IMG/VR virus record: IMGVR_UViG_3300003316_000244
Coordinates: 11,191-75,190 of that record
DNA: 64,000 bases
Direction: 5' to 3' (one strand)
Origin: a virus
Lineage: Duplodnaviria > Caudoviricetes
A program made the translations under genes and the position numbers. The notes beneath the pieces were generated by a model. That model worked only from the letters and a program-made list of their open reading frames with translations. It was not told the origin of the DNA and did no database searches. Shown here in pieces: positions 56,887-64,000 of the stretch (within the stretch, counting starts at the first letter, position 1; each line of letters begins with the position of its first letter).

Positions 56887-59307
56887 ATGACATTCAATAC
56901 AAGGCCAAATATTGACAACAGACAATTTAGGCAACTTTCTGGTGATAGTATAACTCTCTCTGGATTAACTAATTTTTTAGGGATTTTACAATCCAAAGGT
57001 GTTGAAATTGATGCAACTGCTACAGGTGCAACATCAGGTTTTGTATTAAAATATAATGGAAGTAAAATTTTATTATCTCCAGACCTTGCTGGTAGAGGAA
57101 ATGCATTAACAGACATAATTTCACAATCTGGACATGGTTTTACTGTCGGTTATGTTGTTGGTTATAATAGTGGAACAACATCATATAGTGGTGTAACTGC
57201 AACTAGTGGAAATACTAATGAAGTAATTGGTATTGTTAGTAAAGTATATAATGCAAATACATTTGAAATAACATATCAGGGTATAGTAACTGGTATGACA
57301 TCACTTTCACCTAGTGCAACATATTTTTTATCTACAACAACTCAAGGACAATTAACTACAACTGAAACAACAACAGTTGGAGAAGTTTCAAAGCCATTAT
57401 TTGTTGCATTGTCAACTACATCTGGTTTATTTATTAATTGGAGAGGAAATATAATAACTACTGGATCAAGTGGAGGTGGTGGAAGTAGTGGTTATCCCGC
57501 AATTGGACAGCCAACAGATGGAACATTTTCTGATGGACTTTTACCGTTAACTAGTGGAGATACAATTGCTGATACTGTTGATTCATTTAATGAATTATTT
57601 GCGGTATTAGCACCATCTCCTGCACCATCATTAACAAATATTAGTAAAACTGGAACTGGGACATATGTTGCTGCCAAATTATCATTTGGTACATCAAATA
57701 ATGATGTTGGTTATACTTTAGTGAGTACTGCCGCAGGAAATACTGCAGTTGATATTAATGGTAGTTATAATATTGGTGGTACTAGATTAGGAGTAACTAA
57801 TGGTACAAATATTACAGGTATATTAAATGATAATGTTATAGCTGGTTCATCATATCCAGCAGATAGTTTTGGTGATGCCGATAAAGGTAAATTAAAATTA
57901 TATTTAAATAATGTATTAATTGATTCATTAAATTTAAGTGGTACTACTGCTTCAACTAGTAGTACAAGAATGACAGTATCTGCAGCCAGTCCAGTATTAA
58001 CAGGAAATGGATCACCATTTAACTTTTTTAAATATAGAACAGGAACATATACTATACCTAATAGTTTATTCTTAAATGGAATGAATTATCTAAGAATATT
58101 ACATGATAAAATAACTTCTACTGGTCAAACTAATTATCTTGAATTTGTATATGATCCAGATTTGAGTGTGATGGCTTTTTCAACCTCTCCAACTTTAACA
58201 AGTTTAAATTTGGTTGGAAGTAAATTTATATCTGGTGTTCAATATCATGCTAGTGGTACTGTAAATTATAGCGCATCAACAAATAATGTATATAGAAATA
58301 CTTATTCATTATCAACAACAGCATTTTCATATCCATCAAGAGTTAATTTAAGTGATGCTACAACAATTACTAAATCTGGTGTTGGTATAATAACAGAAAC
58401 AAATGCAAATAAAAATTTACCTGCATTAAATCCGGGTGTTAGTAATCCAGCACAAACAAAATTAAATTTAGTATCAACACATACTATAAATGTTTCAAAA
58501 GTATTAGGTACAATAGGAACGTTTGGTAAAATAGAAACTAATTTTACTATAACTCATCCATTAAAAACAACATTGTTAGGTGGAGTTGCAACAATGACAG
58601 GATTTTTACTAGATGGAACTAATCAAGTTAATAATCAAACAACAGAAGATTTTGATGGTGAATTGAATAGAATGCAAAATAGAAGTTATGTTTCCGATAC
58701 ATTTGCAGTAGCAAATAGTTCAACATATCTATGGGACTCAACTCAAAGTTTAATGGGAGCAAGTCCAACACATAATAATGGTTTACTTATTTTTAATGGT
58801 GAATTGTTGTATCCAAATTCTACTTATTTGACAAGTCAATATGGTATTAATTCTGGTAATTTTGCAGGTATAACACATGGTTATGGAACTAATCCTAATT
58901 ACTCTTTAGCATCAGGTATTAGACAACATACTAGAAGATTTATATCAACAAATTCAGTAACACAATCTTCATTAATAATTGATATACTACATAGTGGATC
59001 AAATTCTGATTTTATAACTATTGGTGGAACTGGTGGTACTGCTTCAGTTAATAACATAAAACTTGAATGTTTGATTAAACGTAGTGTTGGTTCGACACAT
59101 GGAATTTTTAATCCATTTGCTTCAACAGGAAATCCTGAAGGTATTGCAAATACATCTATTGCTGCTATTCCCGGAGGAACCAGAGTAATATGTACTTTAT
59201 CAACAGTCCCAAGAATTGCATTGGGTGATTTATTATTCATTAATATAAAAGCATCCAGTGGATGGACTAATAGGATACAAAATATTAGTACAATTAATTT
59301 GATTTAA
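56887..59307 (+). CDS. Tail fibre / virion structural protein (806 aa, S/T/G-rich)
   Basis: ACTATTTAT at 56862-70; N-terminal module shared with 62503 and 63511 ORFs. Confidence 0.6.
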   Translation: MTFNTRPNIDNRQFRQLSGDSITLSGLTNFLGILQSKGVEIDATATGATSGFVLKYNGSKILLSPDLAGRGNALTDIISQSGHGFTVGYVVGYNSGTTSYSGVTATSGNTNEVIGIVSKVYNANTFEITYQGIVTGMTSLSPSATYFLSTTTQGQLTTTETTTVGEVSKPLFVALSTTSGLFINWRGNIITTGSSGGGGSSGYPAIGQPTDGTFSDGLLPLTSGDTIADTVDSFNELFAVLAPSPAPSLTNISKTGTGTYVAAKLSFGTSNNDVGYTLVSTAAGNTAVDINGSYNIGGTRLGVTNGTNITGILNDNVIAGSSYPADSFGDADKGKLKLYLNNVLIDSLNLSGTTASTSSTRMTVSAASPVLTGNGSPFNFFKYRTGTYTIPNSLFLNGMNYLRILHDKITSTGQTNYLEFVYDPDLSVMAFSTSPTLTSLNLVGSKFISGVQYHASGTVNYSASTNNVYRNTYSLSTTAFSYPSRVNLSDATTITKSGVGIITETNANKNLPALNPGVSNPAQTKLNLVSTHTINVSKVLGTIGTFGKIETNFTITHPLKTTLLGGVATMTGFLLDGTNQVNNQTTEDFDGELNRMQNRSYVSDTFAVANSSTYLWDSTQSLMGASPTHNNGLLIFNGELLYPNSTYLTSQYGINSGNFAGITHGYGTNPNYSLASGIRQHTRRFISTNSVTQSSLIIDILHSGSNSDFITIGGTGGTASVNNIKLECLIKRSVGSTHGIFNPFASTGNPEGIANTSIAAIPGGTRVICTLSTVPRIALGDLLFINIKASSGWTNRIQNISTINLI

Positions 59308-59318
59308 TATTTTAAAAC

Positions 59319-62300
59319 ATGGCATTAAACGATTCAAATAAAAATAGTATATCATTTAAAAAATTAGTAGGAAAAGCACATACTCAACAAACATTTGCTT
59401 TTAATGAAGAATCTATTTCATCAAATATTAGTATATCATGTGCTACAGTATTTGGTGAAACTATTGATCCAACACCAATAACTAATGGACTTACTATACC
59501 ATATAGCAATGATGGAATTGTTGAAAAAGTTAAATTTGAATTGGAAGTTATTCCTGATACACAAATAGGTACTAATCAATCACAAGGTTATAGAATTAAA
59601 TTACCTACAGGATATACTGGTTTAGGTGCATTAGGATCAATATATTCTGGTGGTACAATACTTTATAAAGCATTAGGTAGACTTCAGATTGTCCCAAGTT
59701 TATATGGAAAATTAAAATCAGATGGAAGTACAGAATATGATCCAATATTATATCAAACAAATGGATCAACAATAATAACAAAATTTGATTCTATTGATTG
59801 GATTTTAGATACATATGCAGGAACTATATTTGTACAAAGTCCACCATCTAATTACAATATTAGTGCAGCCAGACCGGGTTATTTAGAAGCATTTTTATAT
59901 ATTGGAAAATATGTTGATCAAATTATTTCTGGAACAACTCCAGCAGTATCCGGTCCAAATTTTTCAGTTCAATGGAGAAATGGAACAGCATTTAGTGGTA
60001 GTGGATTTTTTGAATTTATTCCTTCAGCAAATACAGTAACATTAGGTACTAGAACAAGTGGAACATTTGGTAGATATAGTTTATCTATTGGTTCAGGAAA
60101 TACTGTAAGTGGAAATAATAGTGCAGCAATTGGTGCTGGCAACAATGCAAGTGGATTAAATTCATTAGCTATAAATTCACAAACTTCGGCAGAAGGAGTA
60201 CAATCATTTGCTGGTGGTTTTGGTTTAACATCTAAAAAAATAATATCAGCAGGTGCTAGTGCATTTAATTTCTCAAGAAATACATCTTCACAAATTAGTG
60301 GACATGGTGCAAATGCAGATGAATCTGTAATACTTGGTGGTCGAAATAATAATATATCAAGTCTTAATATTGGTTCGGTAATAATAGGTGGAAATGCTAT
60401 TAAATTAAACAGCAGCGGATATACTTATACAACAGCAGTTCAAAATTTAGCAATTTTTGGTCCAGTTAGTGGAGGTACTAGTGGTGATACATTTCTTGTA
60501 ATTGATAATACAACTAAAAAAGTTAGAGGTAGAACAACAAGTGAGGTTATTGGAAATATTGCACAAGCACAGGGACCATTTTATTCTATTCAATATAATA
60601 AAAATGGTGGTTTTAGTGGTCAAACAGAATTTTATATAGATGAATCTCAACGTGCTTTAACATTAGGTAGTAGAGATGGTTCTATTGGTGTAAATTCATT
60701 TGTTATTGGTGGAAATTCTACTGCTAGTGGGAATTATTCATTTGCAATAGGAGATAATACAATATCAAGTAATAAAGCTTCTATTGGGGGCGGTACAAAT
60801 ACAACAGTAAGTGGTGCTAATTCTATAGTATATGGTGAAAGTAATATTTTAGGTGGAAATAGATCAATAGTTTTAGGTTATAATAATACTGATTTAGCTA
60901 ATGATAGTGCAATAATTGGTGGATCAGGAAATACAGTTTCATCAGGTAATACTGGAATTGTTTTGCTTGGAGTAAATGATTTAACAATAACAGGTAGTTC
61001 ATATAGTAATACAACATTAGTTGATCAATTTGCAATTTTTGGATCACTTACTACTGGAACAACAGGTGATACTGTATTAGTTATTGATAGTGCTACTAAA
61101 AAAATAAAAACTGTTTCTCAAAGTAGTATTGCTATTACTGGTATAACTACAGTAACAGCAAATAATGGTTTAACTAAAGTTGGTAATAATATCTATTTAG
61201 GAGGTCAGTTAACAGGATCAACTACTATAGGTCTTACAGCTAACAACTTAATATTTACTGGCACAACTGGAACACTTCGTTATGGCGGTGATTATTCTGG
61301 AAATTATAATATAAGATCATTAGTTGATAAGGGATATGTAACTGGCATAACAACAACCTTAACAACTACAGCGAATAATGGAATAACAAAATCTGGTCAG
61401 AATTTCAGACTTGGAGGAACATTGACTGGTAATACTATTATTGATGGAAATAATAAAAATTTATATTTTAGATTTTTAAATACTGGTGGTACATTTAATA
61501 TCAGTGGTTCAACTGGGTATAACTTATCATTCGATCCAATAAATAAAAGATTCATTGCTGGTAATGATTGTGTTGTTACTGGTGGTTCAATTAATTTTAC
61601 TTTTGGTGATACAAATACAAATGATGGTGTTTTTGGTTCAGCAATGTTTGGTGAATTATCATACATTGATCCTAATGTTGGTTCAGCATTGGCTGTTGGT
61701 GAGGCAGTATGGATTAGAGCTTATGGTGGTAAAGCATTTGGTAGAGGATCAAGGGTAAATTCTAGTGGTAATTTTTCATTGGTAGGTGGTGGTTATACTG
61801 TTGGAAGTACTAACCCAAAAACAAATGATAAAGTACCACAAACAAATGGATTTGGTTCTTTTGGATTTTATAATACTGATGGTGGACAAACAGATAATCA
61901 TGGTGCTCTTGCTGATTATTCTGCAATACTTGGTGGATTAAATCATAATATACCATCATCATCAATTAGATCAGCAATTTTGGGTGGTGATGCAATAAAA
62001 GTTAATACTGGTGTTACTAATACTGTACATTTTCCAAAAGTTAGATTTGGATTAGGTAATAATGCAAATATCACAACTAATAATAGTAATAATAATCTTC
62101 TTGTAAGAAATCCAACTACTGGTGAAATTGAAATACGTGATGCTTCAACTATTAGTGGTGGTACTGGTAATCAAAACATCTATTCAACAAAAACTATCGT
62201 TAGTGGTAATACAACATTAACTAATAGTGATTTCGTTATATTTTGTCAATCAAGTGTAACAACAATAACATTAACATTACCTATTGCTCCTGTTGATGGA

Positions 62301-62477
62301 CAAGTTTACAAAATTAAAGATGTTGATAATGCTCTAATTAATAACATTACTATTGATGGTAATGGAAAAAATATTGATGGAAGTAGTACTGCATTAATTA
62401 ATACACAAAAGGGAGGTATAGAAATAGTATTTGATCAAACATTAGATGGATGGTATGTATTGAATTTTGTAGGATAA
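59319..62477 (+). CDS. Tail fibre / adhesin-like protein with YadA-head-like beta-roll repeats
   Basis: NSAAIGAGNNASGLNSLAI, NSFVIGGNSTASGNYSFAIG; 2x TANNG(L/I)TK module; C-terminal TLP..NITIDGNGKNIDG module. Confidence 0.65.
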   Translation: MALNDSNKNSISFKKLVGKAHTQQTFAFNEESISSNISISCATVFGETIDPTPITNGLTIPYSNDGIVEKVKFELEVIPDTQIGTNQSQGYRIKLPTGYTGLGALGSIYSGGTILYKALGRLQIVPSLYGKLKSDGSTEYDPILYQTNGSTIITKFDSIDWILDTYAGTIFVQSPPSNYNISAARPGYLEAFLYIGKYVDQIISGTTPAVSGPNFSVQWRNGTAFSGSGFFEFIPSANTVTLGTRTSGTFGRYSLSIGSGNTVSGNNSAAIGAGNNASGLNSLAINSQTSAEGVQSFAGGFGLTSKKIISAGASAFNFSRNTSSQISGHGANADESVILGGRNNNISSLNIGSVIIGGNAIKLNSSGYTYTTAVQNLAIFGPVSGGTSGDTFLVIDNTTKKVRGRTTSEVIGNIAQAQGPFYSIQYNKNGGFSGQTEFYIDESQRALTLGSRDGSIGVNSFVIGGNSTASGNYSFAIGDNTISSNKASIGGGTNTTVSGANSIVYGESNILGGNRSIVLGYNNTDLANDSAIIGGSGNTVSSGNTGIVLLGVNDLTITGSSYSNTTLVDQFAIFGSLTTGTTGDTVLVIDSATKKIKTVSQSSIAITGITTVTANNGLTKVGNNIYLGGQLTGSTTIGLTANNLIFTGTTGTLRYGGDYSGNYNIRSLVDKGYVTGITTTLTTTANNGITKSGQNFRLGGTLTGNTIIDGNNKNLYFRFLNTGGTFNISGSTGYNLSFDPINKRFIAGNDCVVTGGSINFTFGDTNTNDGVFGSAMFGELSYIDPNVGSALAVGEAVWIRAYGGKAFGRGSRVNSSGNFSLVGGGYTVGSTNPKTNDKVPQTNGFGSFGFYNTDGGQTDNHGALADYSAILGGLNHNIPSSSIRSAILGGDAIKVNTGVTNTVHFPKVRFGLGNNANITTNNSNNNLLVRNPTTGEIEIRDASTISGGTGNQNIYSTKTIVSGNTTLTNSDFVIFCQSSVTTITLTLPIAPVDGQVYKIKDVDNALINNITIDGNGKNIDGSSTALINTQKGGIEIVFDQTLDGWYVLNFVG

Positions 62478-62502
62478 TTTTATTTTTAATTTTTATGAAA
62501 AA

Positions 62503-63501
62503 ATGAGTTTTAAAACAAAACAAGAATTAAGTTTAGGAAAATTTATACAAGAAAGTGGTTTTACTTTAAATTTATCTGGAACTACTATTGTATTTGGTAA
62601 ATTACAATATGATAGTTCAGTATTGATAACTGGATCAACACAAGTAACAACTAAATCATATGTTGATAATAAATTATTAACAGGATCAACTGCTAATAAT
62701 GGTTTAACAAAAATAGGTAACAATATTAGTTTGGGTGGAACATTAACTGGTAATACTACCATTTCAATGGATCAATATAATTTAATTTTTGAACCATCAT
62801 CGAATTATCAATTACTAGGTTTTGGTACTAATGATTTTCCACTATCTAATATTGAGGCAAGAACTGGTGGTGCAGGTAGCCAAACTCAATTTAGAGCAGT
62901 AAGTGGTAGTTCAATATATTTGAGGAATTTTGATGCTGTTGCAAATAATTCTGTTGGTGAAATTGCTTTGACTGATAATACAGTATATAGTGGATTAACA
63001 CTTTTTAATTATGATGGTTATAATACTCAAATAAGATCATTAAATTCTGGTTTTACTACTAATCATGAATTAAGATTTACTACAAACAATGTTAAATTTT
63101 ATGATAATAAAACAATAAAAACTGGCATTGAATATAATGCAGATTATACAACTGGATTTACTAGTTTATCATTAGTACATAAAGGATATGTTGATAATAA
63201 AAATAATACAATTATTGGTATTACTGCAAATACCTTACTTACAAATTCAATTGATTATGTTTTAGTAAATTCCTCATCATCAGGATTGACTGTAACATTG
63301 CCATCAACACCAGATAGTAGTAAAAAAATAACAGTTAAAGATAGAACAGGTAATGCATTATCAAACAATATAACAATTGACGGTAATGGAAAAAATATTG
63401 ATGGAGTATCAACAGCTTTAATTGATACTAATCGTGGTTCACTACAATTTATATATAGTGATGAATTTGATGAATGGTATATTATAGGATTTTTAAATTA
63501 A
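62503..63501 (+). CDS. Short tail-fibre-like protein sharing modules with 59319..62477
   Basis: TANNGLTKIGNNISLGGTLTG and NNITIDGNGKNIDGVSTALI. Confidence 0.65.
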   Translation: MSFKTKQELSLGKFIQESGFTLNLSGTTIVFGKLQYDSSVLITGSTQVTTKSYVDNKLLTGSTANNGLTKIGNNISLGGTLTGNTTISMDQYNLIFEPSSNYQLLGFGTNDFPLSNIEARTGGAGSQTQFRAVSGSSIYLRNFDAVANNSVGEIALTDNTVYSGLTLFNYDGYNTQIRSLNSGFTTNHELRFTTNNVKFYDNKTIKTGIEYNADYTTGFTSLSLVHKGYVDNKNNTIIGITANTLLTNSIDYVLVNSSSSGLTVTLPSTPDSSKKITVKDRTGNALSNNITIDGNGKNIDGVSTALIDTNRGSLQFIYSDEFDEWYIIGFLN

Positions 63502-63510
63502 AAACAAGAT

Positions 63511-64000
63511 ATGTCAACTAAAATAATTTTAGATAACTCAAGAATTAATCAATCAACAGGTAATACAATTTCATTATCTGGTGATACAATAATTTATGGA
63601 AATATTACATATCCAGATAATTATAATATTACTTCAGATAGATCATTAGTAAATAAATTATACGTAACTAATGCTATCAGTACAGGTCAAACAAATACAT
63701 TAATAAAACACATTACTGGAACTACATATTTAATTAGTAATTCAGATAAAAATTATAGCATATATGTTGATGGAATATCAAATACTGATATTTATATACC
63801 AGATAATGTTGATAGTGGATTAACTTTCACGATTATTCGCGGTTCAGGTGCAGGTATAGTTAATCATATACCAACAGGTACTAGTGTATTTAATACAATT
63901 AATAATGCAACAGACATTCAAGTTGAAAATGGTGCAGCTACATGGCAATATATTGGTAACAGTAACTGGTATGGATTTGGTGCATTAGGAGCTAGTAGTA
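63511..64000 (+). CDS. 5'-partial tail-fibre-like protein running off the window (not in ORF track)
   Basis: MSTKIILDNSRINQSTGNTISLSGDT… open to base 64000; same N-terminal module and SLVNKLYV motif as upstream fibres. Confidence 0.65.
   Translation, partial: MSTKIILDNSRINQSTGNTISLSGDTIIYGNITYPDNYNITSDRSLVNKLYVTNAISTGQTNTLIKHITGTTYLISNSDKNYSIYVDGISNTDIYIPDNVDSGLTFTIIRGSGAGIVNHIPTGTSVFNTINNATDIQVENGAATWQYIGNSNWYGFGALGASS

Noticed and set aside
1120-61758. Antisense or alternate-frame ORFs in the track (e.g. 1120, 4075, 8862, 11805, 12299, 13367, 20758, 21545, 26215, 27265, 29184, 30224, 31658, 33166, 37782, 39177, 39288, 44901, 48262, 50928, 54483, 56853, 57492, 58899, 60447, 61397, 61555, 62493)
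   Set aside because: They lie within or across well-supported genes or terminators, show no motifs, and are explained as shadow frames
56887-64000. Diversity-generating retroelement acting on tail fibres
   Set aside because: No reverse transcriptase, and repeat pairs differ at all base types rather than only at adenines
1-64000. tRNA or rRNA genes
   Set aside because: No cloverleaf with a GTTC(G/A)A T-loop or rRNA-like GC-rich stretch recognised in any intergenic gap; a tRNAscan-SE/ARAGORN run would be the formal check

Overview
Very AT-rich 64-kb segment of a large, T4-like contractile-tailed (jumbo-type) phage, most likely infecting Bacteroidota. Host evidence: several exact TTTG-N19-20-TAnnTTTG promoters, an LSSC lipoprotein with an acidic export signal, and a signal peptide followed by Gln. 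Standard genetic code. Contents in order: an NAD/purine salvage-like cluster (NAMPT, two HAD phosphatases, J-domain pseudokinase, vWA protein, PurA-like enzyme); two exported proteins; tail tube and sheath split by an antisense homing-endonuclease-like gene; an array of tiny duplicated ORFs; ClpP; a promoter-bearing ~385-nt non-coding region with many stems; a PD-(D/E)xK nuclease; baseplate genes; PhoH; a gp55-like late sigma factor; a tail chaperone with a -1 slippery site; tape measure; a glycosyltransferase/methyltransferase/WecB island; SSB, RecA-like protein, a second homing endonuclease, 5'-3' exonuclease, helicase, class I RNR; and modular tail-fibre genes. Best novelty candidates: the putative structured ncRNA at ~18.99-19.43 kb, the J-pseudokinase/vWA/PurA-like module beside NAMPT, the glycosylation island, and a dispersed ~110-aa paralog family, two copies of which sit behind their own host-type promoters. 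No tRNA, rRNA or CRISPR array was recognised. All family assignments come from motif recognition by eye, not database searches.
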